64,000 nucleotides of DNA from Schmidtea polychroa (lineage: Eukaryota): assembly GCA_044892525.1 (NCBI GenBank), contig CM097885.1, positions 45,324,001 to 45,388,000 of the forward strand, read 5' to 3'. Under the pieces are notes generated by a model. The model searched no databases. It was not told the DNA's origin and was given only the letters and a program-made list of their open reading frames with translations. Within the stretch, counting starts at the first letter, position 1. Each line of letters starts with the position of its first letter. Both the position numbers and the translations under genes were made by a program. Of the stretch, positions 43,956-59,222 are shown one piece after another.

Positions 43956-45729
43956 TTTAACTGTTGAAATAATTAAGCAATCATAAATAATTATTAAAAT
44001 ATTATCCTAGAGAATTTTTCTATTTTAAAAAAAGCTTTTCTGACATCGATTTACAGTGAAGGATACACTCATAATTTTCCCAGTTAATTCGATATTTGAT
44101 AACCAGAAAGAATCTCGGTTGCCTGCCTGGGTATCATGACAGGAAATTGAAGATACCTAATCTAATTACCGTCATTGGTGGAAGAAGCAGTCGAATGCGA
44201 GTCGGTGAAATATCGCAGAAGTTGCAGTCTAACCAGATAGGTAATGTGATGTCGCGCTTCAACTGATACGATTGAGCTCTAATCAAGTCTGTTAATAGTT
44301 GTTTTTTTCTACTGACGACAACCGATTCAAAATGATAGGTTTATATCAACTTCCGACTTGAGCTTTTTATATCTCAACTGTGACTTTCTGTGTAAATCTA
44401 CCGTGACTCAAAAAAAAGAGGAAAAAAATCAAAAATCTTACAGAAGCGAAATTGGGTTGATTTATAACTTTTCTCCCTGTAATTATCATCGGCAGGGGGG
44501 CAATTATCAAAAGTTAGATTAATCAAAATATTGAAAAAAAAAATTTTTAAAAATATTATCGAAATATATATCCACACTTGAATAAATAAAATGATAATTG
44601 GCAAGCATTTGAATTGAAATAAATAAAAAAAATTTATTTCTGTTGAAAATTGTCCTGTTTTGCATTTCAATGGACGATTGAGTAGAGTTTCATGTTACAA
44701 AATTTAAATATTATATACATATATAATTATTAAGTATATTTGAACTCAACTGAAAATTTTAAATTATAAAAATTAATAAATAAACTTATATTATTGAAAT
44801 TATATTATTGAAATACAAAAAACACAACATAAAATAAAAAACTAAATAAATAAAAACTAAATAAATAAATTAAAAAAAACTTTCGATAGGAGGCAATGTT
44901 GCATGGAATAATAGTATTTCAAAGTTTTATTTTTGGAAAAAACAATGACAGGTAAAAATCTAGAATTTAATATTAGAAACTCTGCATAATTCAACCTTAC
45001 TACTCTAGAGTTGTCGAGAAAATTAAAAGAGAACAATTATTATATGATGAAGACAAATTTCATTTTATACGGTTATTATGAATACCAAAATCTTCATATA
45101 TAATTTATAAATTTGGAGAAGTAAACTTAAAAATATTAATGTAATATATAATTTGAAAAAGATATTTTATTAGAAAAAATGAGTCATCTAATAATTTGCA
45201 CTCAAACTTGCATTATAGATGTTGTCATTCCATGCAAACATCTATATAAAAATACACCAAACACAGTTAACTAAAAATTATGTGCTAATTCGTTATTTTA
45301 ATTTATCTGGATAGAATCGAATGTGTTTTCCAATTGTTTCGTGATTCTGACTGAATATATCTACATCGATACGGAAGTGTACACATTTGTATCCTTATAA
45401 TAGATTGAATATGTAAATGATATATGATATTAATTGCGCTGTCCGAATAGGTTGTCAGAATTTTTAAAGTTAGATTTTGTTATGGATTATAAGATAAAAG
45501 TTTTAGTGATAAAATTTAAATCTCTATGCATATAATGTATATTCCTAAAGGTGAAGGTTAAAGTTTTCAATTAATACCAATAATATCTTATTATTAATGT
45601 TAGACACAGAACTTCTGGTATTAATTGAATCCATTTAAAATCAGGATTTCGGATACAACGTTTTGTATTATTTAATCACAATAGTATTTAAACAAATCAA
45701 ATTATAATTTGTTTGAGGAGTTTAGAACA

Positions 45730-46050
45730 CCTCACGTCACCCTTTTTTAAAAGCTTTCAGTCACTCAATGTTTCTATTTAAAGTACTTCCATTTTCTATT
45801 TTTATTTTATAACACCTCTCGGGCAGCTTCTTAATAAGCTCTCCTGGCCCCATATTTTATTTCTATTTCGAATATCCATTTTAACCAAACCATAATCTCC
45901 AATTTAAAATTCATGATTTGTTATTTGATTGATTCTATCGCATTTTATCAGTGTTTCTGAAAACCTTTCACTATAAATCTTTTTTTCCAAACACCATTTC
46001 AGATGGAGTTTTCTTAATTGTTTTTTGGAACGTTGAATTCATCATAAATT
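45730..46050 (-). mobile_element. Gypsy integrase C-terminal relic plus PPT
   Basis: Minus strand NSTFQKTIKKTPSEMVFG followed by AAAAAAGGGTGAC. Confidence 0.5.
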
Positions 46051-47559
46051 GTTTTACCATTGCTAAATTTTATGTGCTTGATCCACTGTATAAAGATGTT
46101 TCAGTCATGCGGCCATCGGGTTTATGTTTTTGGCCAGACATGGCTCTTGTTATGGCTTGAGTTTGAGACACTTGATTTAAAGAAATGTTATTTTAAATAA
46201 AGATGTACAAATGAATTACTTATTAAAATATTGTAAATATTAGCGTGGAAGTTCAAATTATTGAAATATCGTAAGAGATAGTTGTTGAATTTATTGTAGC
46301 TAAAGAAATATATCCGTAAGTCATTGTAGAAATAGATTATTTGAAAAGGTTTAATATTATGTTAAAAGTTGGGATCACGCTTAGTATTAATAAGATAGAA
46401 GTAAATAAATTGACAAATATTGTTATAGTAAACATTTAAAGTGAAAATACAGTATAACTGTCATCATCAGGTATAATGGAAAAAAACGAGTTATTAAACA
46501 TTATTTTGTAATTTATTTTATATAGAAATTTTTAATTGTCAAAATATAACGTAAAACGGATGTCTGAGACGCACTTTCTAATTTATTATATAAATATTAT
46601 ATTTTTAAAAATAAATTTATTGAAAATTTGTCAAACATTTAAACAAAACAACATGAATATTCCAAGATTTATGTCAGTGAAATAAATAATAAATAAATTT
46701 TATTTAACTTCATTAAAATTTTAATCTCCCTTCCAACAATTCTTTATCTAAATGTTGTTGAAAATATGTCCACTAAATGCAAGCAATGTTTATAATTTTT
46801 GAATAGTTTATAAATAATAATATAGACGGTTCAAAATTCTTTTGATAAATCATTAAAAGCACAGTAAACAATAAAACATTTTATTTTGCACCATTGAGCA
46901 ATTTTCAGTTTCTATTCCCTTTATTTTAGTTTTCATTATTTTTGTATTTAACTCACAATTTTGCTACAGCTTTTATTTAATAAAATCAACATAAAATTTA
47001 CATTTTTTTAAAATTATATTTATAATTTCGATCAATTTTAATATTATAAAATAAATAATATTTTGATTTTTGGTCCAAAGTGATACATAATAATTTTTTA
47101 ATATGTTAAAAATATTTAAAATGAAATAAAAAAAACAATTTTTATTTTTTCAAGTAAAGTAATTTTTAATCTAAACAATACTGGAGTGTAAATGAAAACA
47201 GCACGTTCATAACAAATAGGAAGCAAATAGTCCACTTAACTGTTAGTGTATATTTTCCTCCTTCGAATTTGGAGACTTCAAAGAGAGGCAGAGTAACTTG
47301 GTAGTTAGGTAACTAACCGTAATTCAATAAAACTAAAATGTTTTATCAAAGATTTATCATTGAAAAAACTATATTACATATTATATATGATTTTATTATA
47401 TCTGACATTATATGATCAGTTTAAACAAAATGCTCTTTAAGACCCTGGAGACTCCTAGTTTAGTACTCTGTGTATTACACTATAAAATGATGGCAGATAT
47501 GCTGCAATTTAGAGGTAATCATTGACGGAAATACTATTAATATATCTGACGTACGAAAT

Positions 47560-47830
47560 AGTTAATTATTTTTCTTCACTGTCTGGTCTTTAAACAAGAA
47601 CGGATCATTTATATAGGTTCTGTATTAGGTCTTTCGCAAACAATTTTCTCGAATAAACTTTATCGGCTGTCTTTGAATTAAGATTTGCATTAAATTTATA
47701 CTCCAGCTCATACTCTTCTCGAATAAATTTCAGGTTTCTTTCTTTCTGAATCATGTTTCGCAATCTCTTTAACCTGGTGTGGTCACCAAAATTGTGTCCC
47801 TCTCAACTAAGTGCATCCTGCCTAATTTTC
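47560..47830 (-). mobile_element. LTR-retrotransposon 5' relic (LTR end and PBS)
   Basis: Minus strand ...GGGACACA-ATTT-TGGTGACCACACC, nearly the same PBS as at 18432. Confidence 0.55.
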
Positions 47831-50156
47831 TGTAAATTAAGCAAAGTTCTAAATAGTATATTAAAAATTACTATATTTAGTAACATTAATTATTTTAATT
47901 ATTTTAATTAATTATTTTAAATATTAATTTTATTATTTAAAATTGCTATTTTTAGTAATTAAATATTACTATTTTTAAAAAAATTTATTATTTTTTATTA
48001 TTTTATTATTTATCATTTTCCATATTTATTGAAGCCAACCGATTATCCTTAACAACAACTTATTAATAATGTTCTTACATTTTTGAAATATTGAGTTCCG
48101 GTTAATAATAATTTAACTTAACATGGTTGCAAAAGAAAAATAATTATAATAGAAAAAAAAATTTATTGTATTTTAAAAGTATTTATTGTATTTTAAATGT
48201 AGTTTTAAATTTTTAACAGTTGTCGTTTTTTAGATTTACAATTTCAAATTCAACAAAACAATTTCTCCTATTTCTTTCTTTTGCTAAAATAAAAAGCAAA
48301 TGTGAATTTAGAATATAAAATTTTGTCTATCAATAAGGAGAAACAAAACAATTCTTTGTCAAACCAAACATTGAAGCCAAATTCTTCCGCCAGCATTGTA
48401 ATATTAACAATAGTATTTACAATGGCTGAAATAGTGAATGTGTAAAATATATTTAAAAGAGTTATTTCGAAAAATATAATTTGAAAGCAGTGTGAGAAGA
48501 GCAAAAATTTTTAATTTAACTCAATAAATTTCAATTGAAAATAATTTATGGCATCGTTTAAATCGTTTTAAAATAAAAATTTTCTCTTACATATATAATG
48601 AAACTATTTATAAATAATTATATAATGACAAGAAAAGTCAAATGATTTATAATTTGGAGAATATATTAAATTTGTATTCACCAGCAACGCCGTACCATCT
48701 CATGCGCAACAAGGGTGATCGCTCATACACCTTTAATTTTGAGGGCATCCAAAACTTAAATACACTCTAAAAACTCCTCCAATAGCAAAAAAATACCATG
48801 AATTAAAAAAAAACAAAGATTAAAATCATAAAATTCATTTAACTTTCATACTAATTTATTTAATTAGTATATCCAAAAAAATTAAACTTAATAAAAAATT
48901 TTTTTTTTAAATTCAACTTAAACAGTAAAGAAAAATTTATAAAATTTATAATAATATATTAGTATGAATTTAGATTTTAATCTGGTCTCTTTTTTATTTA
49001 AAGCAAATTAAATAGGAAAAGACATTGATCTATAGTAAAACTTTTCATGAAAATAACTGAATTAAATTATATTTATATTTTAAAGAATTAAATTTTGTCA
49101 TTGAAGATTTTCTAATGTAAAAGTTAGTAATAATAAAGAAAAAGGTACATTTATAGCATTTATTTTATATTTATTTTATTTAATTTATATTTATTTTATT
49201 TTATACATTTATTGTAAAAGTTGTTTTGTTAAAAGAATATGTTGCTCATCAAAATAAAAAATGTTATATAAAAAACAATTAAATTAAATTAATAATTGAT
49301 AGCAAACTCTATTTCCTCTGCTCATTCCGTTTCACTACAGTCGGTTGGACTGACAAATTCCTAACTATGAAGGTACCAACTTCTAAGGAGTCATTTATAC
49401 AATTACTATAAAAGTATCATTCTGCAATGGTAAACTGATACACAATGATACGCTTTGATACAAACTGATACAAACTAATACAACCTTTGAGCTTGTTATA
49501 AATATGAGCTAATAGTCTAATATCTACATATCTTTGCATTCATATTTCTCATAAATGATAAAATTATTTGGGTAAAGATATGTGTTTAAAAGTTTTTTTT
49601 TAATTTAGAGAAATGTACTGATGAAAACCTATTACAATGTATGGTATTTTGAAAAAAAATGTACAAGTTTAAAGATTAAAATTTCATACATAAATCTTTT
49701 AAAATATACGAATGTCTTTCAAAATTAGAAACACCGGCATTCACATTGATGGATGTCATTTATTGGCGTATATGTAAGTAAATTATTTCAAATTCTTTAA
49801 AACTATATCCAATTTCAGATCAACATTGTCTTGTTTCATTTCTCAATTGTATAGAATATCATTCATTTGGGAATAATTCTTTTTTTAGAAAGCACATATA
49901 AGAAAAACACTTGATAAGTCATAAGTTGGACTAAATTTAAATACTTTTAGCAAGAAATTATTTGTTTAAGGGAAACAGTGTTCATAATGCATGTGTTTTC
50001 ATTTCCTAAATAGTTCTATGCAAATTTAAAACTTCAGTAAACTTGAAAAATCTTGACAACACTATTATGGGGTTCAGTGGTATAGTACATATGCTTTTAG
50101 AATCATAATATCAATTGTAAACAACACTTTTATAAAGCATTATTAGTGAATATGTT

Positions 50157-50292
<136 letters not shown>

Positions 50293-50757
50293 AAAATAAT
50301 ATTTTTAGTAAAACGGATATTTTTTTGTACAATAATCATAAATTTTAATGTAAAAAATATATTATAAATAGTGCATAATAAACAGTATGCTCGCCAGATG
50401 GTTAGCTTGTGTTTTTTAAGACCCCTCTAAATATTTTCTTTTTGGATGAGTGATTAATTTTTCCAAATTTTGTCAATTTTCTAGTTAAAGAAGAAAACTT
50501 TTTTAAGACAAAAAAACCTTTACTAAAAATGATAAAAAAGGCATGAAAAAGTTATTATAAACATTAAATTAAATTACATTGCATAGTGTTTTAATCTTTT
50601 GCCTGTAATATTTGAGTTTAGATTTGTATTGTTATTAATTTAGATCCATTCAGGTTATTTTAATTTTTTCGTGTTCCCTCCACACAACGAATAATTCCTA
50701 CTTTTTAAAAATCTATTGGAAATTATTAGTATTTAAAAATTTACCTCCAGTTAACGA

Positions 50758-52291
50758 ATGAATTCTAGAAGAAAAAGACAATCAATAGATGTTGAGAAAA
50801 AAATTCTAATAATCGATTCCTATAAGAAAGGTAATAAAAAAGCCACCATTAAAACTGATCACGGTATATCAGGATCAACTTTAAGTGGTATTTTAAAAAC
50901 AACTAATGAGGAAAATGAAATGATGACAAGCTTAAATCCAAAATGCAAAAAAAGTAGTAAGTATTACACATGGTGATCTAGAAAAATTTATGGAATCATT
51001 TGTAGCTCTTTCATTTCCAATTTCGGGAATAATATTAAAAAAATACTGCAATCAGGTGCTCAGAAGAAAACGAGATTAAAGATCTTTAAGCCTCAAATGG
51101 ATGGCTATATAAATTCCAAAAACGACACAATATATCATCAAGAAAAAAGTTGAAGAAAGCTCCAGTGCAGACAAAAATTCGGCCAAAGAGTTTTCTAGGA
51201 ATGTTGGAGCCAAGCTAGAAGGATATAAACCCAAAACATATTCAATTTTGACGAGTCCGGGTTGTTTTGGAAACTTTTTCCTGATAGAAATCATGAAGCA
51301 CATGATTTTAAATTTGAAGCTAAAAATAGTATTAGCATATTATTTGGTGTCAGTGAAACTGGCGAGAAGCTGGATCCACACGTGATAGGCAATAGTAAAT
51401 CCCCAAGAGCATTTAAAAATGTCAAGGTCGAGTCTCTTGGAGTTTTATATGATTATAAGCTTCAGCTTGGATGACAAGAGAGATATTTAAAAAATATTTT
51501 GAAAAGTTAAATAGTCAATTTTTTACACAGAAGCGTAAAATTTTGGCTATTCTTGATAATTGTAGTTTCCATGCTGTTCCTGACTATTCTAATATTAAAT
51601 TTATGTTTTTGCCTCCAAATACTACCGCAAATCCAGCCGCAAGATCAAGGAATTATTTACAATTTCAAGTTGAAATATCGACAAAGTTTTTTAAATTCCA
51701 CTTTTTCTTTAGTACCTGATACTTTACAAGCGAATATTTCCGATTTCAACATTTAAAACGCAATTCAACATGTAATAACTGCTTGGAGCCAAGTAAAAGA
51801 ATCTACTATAATCCATTGTCATTTAAGTCAGACAGAAACAATACCTGATTCAAGTTTTAAAGCTGAAGAAACAAGTGTAATTACTATACTTAATAATATG
51901 ACACAAGATCACTTGACGTCCCCTTTGTTAAAACAATATATTGAACAATATATTCTAAATTTAGGTTTGTTGAATTAGGAACATATGAAATAGCAGATCG
52001 TGCGCTTAAAAAAGCAAAGGAACCAATTCAGCCTGTTAAATCTGAAAGAATATCTGCACTAAAAGAACTTAAAAAGAAAATAGTTGATATTAAAGAAAAA
52101 TTATATTCTCTTGCGCCTGCTTTATCCATGAAAGAGTTCGAGTTGGAAAAACTATTTAATGTTGAAATTAATAAATAAATTTGCATTAATGTTTAATTTT
52201 ATTTTTTTGCTCCCCCCGTATAACGAAAAATTCTTCATACAGGGGGGGGTTTCACGGGTCCCGACCTATTCGTTATAGGGAGATTTCACTG
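50758..52291 (+). mobile_element. pogo/Tigger (TIGD/CENP-B-like) transposon relic
   Basis: HTH RKRQSIDVEKK..GISGSTLSGILK; IFNFDESGLFW; ILDNCSFH; FLPPNTT..QPQDQGII; 3' TIR CGTTATAGGGAGATTTCACTG followed by TA; frameshifted; 5' TIR not found. Confidence 0.88.
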
Positions 52292-55153
52292 TACCACCTT
52301 CAATACATTGAATTAATGGAATTTATTCAATCTTTGACGAATTCATTTACAGTTTCTTAATGGATATATTACCATTGCTTCTTAGTTATAATTAGTTTGT
52401 AATGTTGTTACAGAAAGAAATCAAGATTCATTGTTATATTTCAATATACAATTTTATTTCTATAGAGGAGGAGTTTTATTCCAATTTAATACCACTTTAA
52501 TACATTATTTGGGAATCAATGCAAATGAAAAGGAGAGCAGTATTTCCAGACATAGAATGTTATAATAATAAAGTGTTGTATTTAAAAATCTTTTAATTCA
52601 ATGATTTTAATGAAAAAGTTAATGATACATTTTAATCGAATAATTATTGGAGGTGGTGATATGGAGTTTATTTAAGTAAATTAAGGATTTGTAAGGTAAA
52701 TTTATTAATTTTAATATTTAATGACTATTTTTATTGATTCTATTCTTTAGTAATTTTAATTCTAGGATAAAATTTTAATTAAAATTTATTGATCATTCGT
52801 TTATAAATTAAAGTTTGTGTTTTGAGTTGAATAGTAATGAGTGCAACTATGGTGTTAGTAATATTTTTTTAAATTTGATAAATTGAATTTTCTCAATTTA
52901 TCATTTATCCTAAGAATATTTCCTTCTTCAATGAGTAAATAGTAGGTTTTTACTTTTTAATAATAAAACTTTTAATTTAAATATTGAAAGACATTTGTGA
53001 AACCCGTTAATTTTATCAAGTTTGCGGTAATTATTGAAGTATTTCTGAGATTTCACGAAAATTATTGTAAACTTACGGAAATTTCTGAATATTTATTTTT
53101 AAATGTATGACAGGCTATAATTTATTAGGAAATCAGCAATGAATTAACGAAATGTTATCGATATGATCTTTATTAGAGAATTTTATTATAATTTAGATTG
53201 AAGTTTTTGGAAAAAATCTTTTTGAGGGTTATCATGGATATATTTGAAATGATGTGATATGTTGCCAAATAATCATTTAAATATATCTGATTTTTACTGA
53301 TAAAGTTCCCTTGATGGAAAATTATTATTTATTAGAGAACTTTATCTGTTTTAATGGGATTTACTCATATGAATAACATTGTGTTTCAGACATCGATGAA
53401 TATGTGTTTTTTTATTATTCACTTGGGGACTTACATCGATTTTAAGGGTTCCAGTCGTTTGAATAATGAAGTGATTAGAATAGAGAATTAAGTTCATTTG
53501 AATAGATTTGTTTAAAGGAAAATATAATCTCGTGTAGGATTTGGTAGGTTGAATATAAATTAAAATGAGCATTAATTATAAGGATTTTTAATGTTTTGCT
53601 TGCTACTCTGTATATATTTTGGATCTCAGTAAACATTATTACATTTGTAGAGCATATTGAATTATTGTCAATGAAAACACGAAACAACTAAATATACACG
53701 TAAGTTTATTTTTAAGAAATTATTCTAAATTTAACCTTTTTGTTAATACGAAAAAATCAATTAAAATCATACACGTGAGCTTATTTTTAAGAATTTATTT
53801 TAATTAATTCATTTTCAAAAAGAAAATATTCAAATTAATATCAATTTAAAAATATTTACTTACTCAATTAGATAATTAAATTAATAAAGACTTGAATCTT
53901 TAATGAATGCGTTATTATTATTAATTGATTATTACTGACTAGAATTTAATGTTATTTTATGACTTTTGCTCATTAATTATCTTTTTTGATAGTTAATGTC
54001 ATCATTTAGATTAATTTATATATTCACATTTTACAATCATTAATTTAAAAATTAATTAAATTCGCATGTTTATTTGAAAATCCTATAATTAAGTTCAATC
54101 AATAAAAAAGAAAATGTATTCATTATTCAACAACCAATTTCTTAACAATTCACATGAATGTTGAAAACTTTCTTTAAAAATCAATCAATTACATTCATTT
54201 TTATGAAACGCATCAATGTTTATAATTTAAATCAATAATTTATTAAAATTTATTCTCAAATCTTAAAGTTAATTTAAAAAATTAAAAATCTATCAAATTT
54301 ATTATTCACTTTTAGCAACTTACTTATTTTATTCAACAAAAACAATTAAAGTTTACTTCAGTGATTATTATTACAAAAGTTCATTATGTTACAACAATCA
54401 TACACACAACTTTTCTCTAAATAACTAATTTTGTGTTTTTTCTATAGATCTATTCATCAAATAATTAATAAAAACATAGAGTATCATGTGAGTACCAATT
54501 CTCTGATGGTTTTAGATTTCCTATTAATTTTTTCATTATCTATGTGAATAATAATATTTTCAGTATCATGGTTATTTGGTAACTAATATTCGCAAAGTAA
54601 TATCAGTTTTAAATTTAATTTTTAAATTATCATACCCACATTTAACTCAATAGGTTCATTTACATAGTAAGTAATTATTTAAAAAGTCCTGTTTATTTAT
54701 TAAATAATTCCTTTACTAAAAGAATTATCTATCTTTATTCTGTTGACATAAAATATTTTGTAAGATTTTCATTTAGGTTTTTAATTAGCGATTTAAAATT
54801 ATTTATTTATGTATTATTATTTAATTTCAGGTCGATGATGACTATATGAGACTTTGTTAAATATTTCAGCATTGAAATCTTATTCAAATTGTTATTTAAC
54901 TAAATTTACTTATAATTTCTTTCTTTAAGTCACCAAAATTCCCCATTAAAATAAATTACACGTCTTTTTAATGAAACCACAAAATTCTACACAAAGAGAT
55001 TGGGAAAACTTTTAATTAATTTTTCTATTCAAATTTTTCTCATTCAAAATAACTCTTTTTTATTGAGATCACATAAATAAATGATGAAGAATAAAGTTTA
55101 TTTTGTGTTATTTCTTTATGTGATTTAATTGATATTATTTATATGATTTTCTT

Positions 55154-55467
55154 AGTAGTTAGTACTTGGTTGTTTGTCACCAGTTGTTGGTGCCTAGTTG
55201 GCAGTTGTTGGTATCTGGTTGTTAGTAACTGGTTGTTGGTAATTGTTTGTAAGTACTAGGTAGTTGGTACTTGATTGTTAGTCCTTGGTTGATTGTATCT
55301 AGCTGTTTCTAACCAGATGTTAATACCTGGTTGTTACTAACTAGTTGTTGCCACCTACTTTTTCGTATTTAGTTGTTGGTATTTGTTTGTGGGTACTTGA
55401 TTGTAAGTACTTAGTGGTTAGTGACTAGTTTGCTAGTACTTGGTTTCTTGGTAGCTGGTTCTTGGTT
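55154..55467. repeat. Degenerate ~14-bp tandem repeat (consensus about GTTGGTACTTGGTT)
   Basis: About 22 imperfect units; putative terminal repeat region of the Polinton. Confidence 0.8.
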
Positions 55468-56506
55468 ATTACTATTAATATTATTATTATTATTATTCAC
55501 AAAAACTTATTTCATAAAACTTTGATTTAAAAATATCCTTTAAAAATTATTTCATAAAAAGTAGAATGAAAAATTCTTTATTTTTTTTAATTTTCAGCGC
55601 ACGGTGATTCTCTAAAATATCTTTCCATAAATGACCTAATTTTAAAATATTACTCTACTTAATCAAAATTAATTTACTTTAATTTACTTATTTTTTAAAT
55701 AGTACCCTAATTTCTCGGTTGACCTCGATTCTTAATATCTTACCACAAATTTTAAGTTATTACTTTAATTTACTTGATTTATAATTATTACCTTAATTTC
55801 ACAGTTTCTTCAAAATATCTAACCAAAGATTCATGGACAAAAATATTTGGAAAAAAATACTCCCTCAATATAGTGTGATTTTGAAAAAATACCCTGTGGC
55901 CCATTGCAGCACAGGTTTTTTGAACGAGAGCCCATATTTTGTGTACAAAATATCCTCGGACCTTAAAATACTTAGGTTTTTTAGTGAGAGTTTTTAGTGG
56001 GGGGATGGTCTTGCAAATAAAAATTCAAGTTAAAAATCCTATACATCATACTCCTAGTTTCCCTCTACTTTATTATTATTATTAGATTTGTAGACTGAGT
56101 ATTAATTGTATCCATTTAAATTAACTAAAGATTCAATATTCAAATATTTATTATTATTCACAATATCCAAACAAATGGATTAAATACATCAAAAATATTT
56201 ATGAGAAATGGTTATAAGAGATTTACCATTCAAACTATTTCAAAAACATTCTAAACACTGGTGTTCAAAGCATCTGATAACCTTGTCAATAACGCTTCAC
56301 ATTTCATATGTTCCCAATTATTATTTTCGAAACATATCGTAAAACGGATGATTGATTGTCAATTTCTAATAAATAATAATAATAAAAATCATAATAAAAT
56401 TCAAATAAATAAATATGTTAGTCATTTCTGCAGTGTTTAATTATAAAATGAAATATTTTGACGTAAAATATGCCTGTTCACTATGTTTTAAAAAACATAT
56501 TAATCA

Positions 56507-56566
<60 letters not shown>

Positions 56567-58282
56567 CTATTAATTTACTTTGAATCAAAATTAAAATTAT
56601 TAACAAGTCTTTTATATTCAAAAATAATTGGAATTATGAGATTTTTACTTTCTTCTAACAGTATTTTATTCGTTTAAATGAGCAGAAACTATTAATTATG
56701 CTATTTCGCATCTCCATCGCATCAAGCTTGACGACGCTTCAACCCTACTCATTGTCATATTCAATTAATTCTGGACCAGTGCTTCTATTGATTTTACCAT
56801 TAAAAGCGCTTCAAATTGACAATTGGAAGTTTTACCTAAATTAATTAAAAGTTTTTTTTTCGTCGATTGATGATAAGTATTTATTTTGTTTGTTTAAACA
56901 ATGAAAATCGTGTGAATAAAATTTATCGTGATTTTTTTCCTGATATAAATAAACAACAAAAATACAAAGTAAAATCAGAAAATTGAGTTTATTTTATAAA
57001 TATATTTTGCAGTATAAGTTTTCACACGAGATTTAATTTAAAATTTTATTTTATATATTAAATTAATTTTATATGCAATTTACCTCAATTTTTTTTCATG
57101 ATTTGATTTACGTTCCATATATAACAACAGTTCAATGAACATTTACTTAAAAATACCGAAACGGACCGTTATTTCAAAATCTTTTACCAAAAGATCACCC
57201 ACAAAACTTAAATACGATTTAAATATTTTTTTGAAGTAAACGCTATAACACTATTTACAATCCATGACAAAAATGCACTGTACATCAGAAAAATTGAAAA
57301 ATTTGCTTATTAGTCAATATCAATCGAAATTATAGAACTTGAATGTCCAAGCAAGATGACATCCATCCAACTTCGCCTATAACTTTTTCTTTTCCGTTTA
57401 TACGATATGTTATTGCAATTATTTGCATGTTATTTTAGTTGCCTCTATAAATTCCCAAGATAGAAACAGACACTTTCAATAAAAGCTCTGTTGTTTCCAA
57501 AAAAAATCAAATTTTATTTTATTCAATCATTCTGGCATCATGCCGAAGGGGAGACTAATTCTTACCCTTATGAATTCTGTAGCTTTTAATCAATCAATCT
57601 TCGGATGCTAGAGTTAGAAACTCCCGCATCTAACGTGTTTTCTCCGGAACGCTTCAATTGAGCAGGATAACGGGTAAACATGGCAAGCCATGGCCGTCAT
57701 AAAACTCCAGACATTGACTCATTCAATTATTAATTGGTTATTCTTGTTCATCAGCATAAAGTTATCTAAAAAGTCATTAATTGTAGTAGGAAGACTCCAT
57801 TTATGAATTTTGTAGCGTTTATAGGTTAATACTTATTATAATATGGATTAAAAGGATTATTTCAAGATAGTTTTTATATTAATAATAATACTAACAACTA
57901 AAAAGTATTATCAGTTAGGCGGAGTCCCTACAAAGACTCCTACAATAACCCACCGATAATATGTATTGTTATTACTTAATTACATTTTCTTTTCTTTTTC
58001 TTTTTATTAGTTTTAGCCTTTTTGGTATTGGGTTCTGGTGTGGTGGAGGGTAGTGTTAGCGGTATAGTATTATTTAGTTCAAGTATTGGTTCAAATTTTT
58101 TAATCTTATTAACATCGCTTAAGTTATTGATAGCAATTTTATTCGGTCTCTTTGTTGTAAAAAGAATTGGAATACAGATCGATCTCCCTCAGATGGTAAG
58201 TATTTATCGTATTTAAGGGCTTTTACACTATAGTTAGTAAAGATAATTTCGAAGAAAAGGTTCCTGTATTCTTTTTCTTCAT

Positions 58283-58543
58283 CTATTTCATTGGTGTTAC
58301 AATCCTGGTTTTACGTTTAGATTTAGATTTAGATTTACGTTTAGATTTAGATTTAGATTTACGTTTAGATTTATGATTTTTTGAAATAAGATTCATTGCA
58401 GAGAAACTTTCAGTAATAAGTTTTTTGATGATAGTTCTTGGTGGAACCTTTGGAATATTAATACTTGTTTTAATAATTTTTCTTAATTTCCTAATATCTT
58501 TCACCCTTGCTTTTAAAACATTATTACTGGTACATGTTTTCAA
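58283..58543 (-). CDS. Small highly basic ORF (KSKRKSKS repeats), possible viral core/DNA-condensing protein
   Basis: Overlaps the ATPase stop; Lys/Arg/Ser repeat. Function inferred only from composition. Confidence 0.4.
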   Translation of the reverse strand: MKTCTSNNVLKARVKDIRKLRKIIKTSINIPKVPPRTIIKKLITESFSAMNLISKNHKSKRKSKSKSKRKSKSKSKRKTRIVTPMK

Positions 58544-59167
58544 TTTTTTTTATAAATCATGCCACCTTTTGGGTTGAAAATATATGTTTTTACTCGTAAA
58601 TCATCGGGAAACTGTTACGTGAAATCAAGAAATATATATCCATGCGGTGTTTTTGTAGCATCTTGAAATGCACTGATAAGAAAATTACGATTGTTAGAGT
58701 ATGCTTGACTTGCAAGAAAATCAATCACTGTTGCATCTCTATGGTTCTTGAAAATAACAAAATATTGAACATTTAAATTACGTGTTCGATGTGCGCCACC
58801 TTGATGAAATAGATTTTGTGTTATGAAAATAATTGTTATACTAAAATGTCTGCTGATATTTGTGAATAAATTATTAAAATCTTTTTCTTTATTAGCTTCT
58901 TGATAAAAAATCATCGATAATTATGACATCACCTTTCTTTAACCGACAGGACAAGTTTTTATCAAATTCCTTTACTATTTTCGTGTTTTTAAATTTGCAG
59001 AAACTTGATTGCGTCAATCCATGTTCTGCGTCAGCACCCTTATGTCAATAAATCCTAATAAATTTTGTTTTGAATAAATTTGATTTTAGTAATTTGCAAA
59101 CAAATAATGTTTTTCCGCTACCACTCGGACCAACGATTTGATATACTGCATCATTTCTTAATACCAT
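58540..59167 (-). pseudogene. A32/FtsK-like DNA-packaging ATPase (Polinton type)
   Basis: MVLRNDAVYQIVGPSGSGKT (Walker A), VIIIDD (Walker B), ISRHFSITIIFITQNLF, NVQYFVIFKNHRD, PHGYIFLD; two premature stops and one frameshift near 58915. Confidence 0.9.
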
Positions 59168-59222
59168 TTTTTAATTTTAAACTATATATGTATTTGTTTA
59201 TATTCGATGATTTAATGAAATC

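Noticed and set aside
49612..49665. CTGATGA...GAAA hammerhead-like spacing (also CTGATGA at ~580, ~2139, ~41614)
   Set aside because: No convincing stems I/III or NUH cleavage triplet.
53692..53805. ~35-bp imperfect direct repeat (ATACACGT.AG.TTATTTTTAAGAA)
   Set aside because: Two copies only, no associated structure; likely a local duplication.
55154..55467. CRISPR-like or telomeric array
   Set aside because: Contiguous degenerate 14-mers without spacers, not TTAGGG; eukaryotic context.
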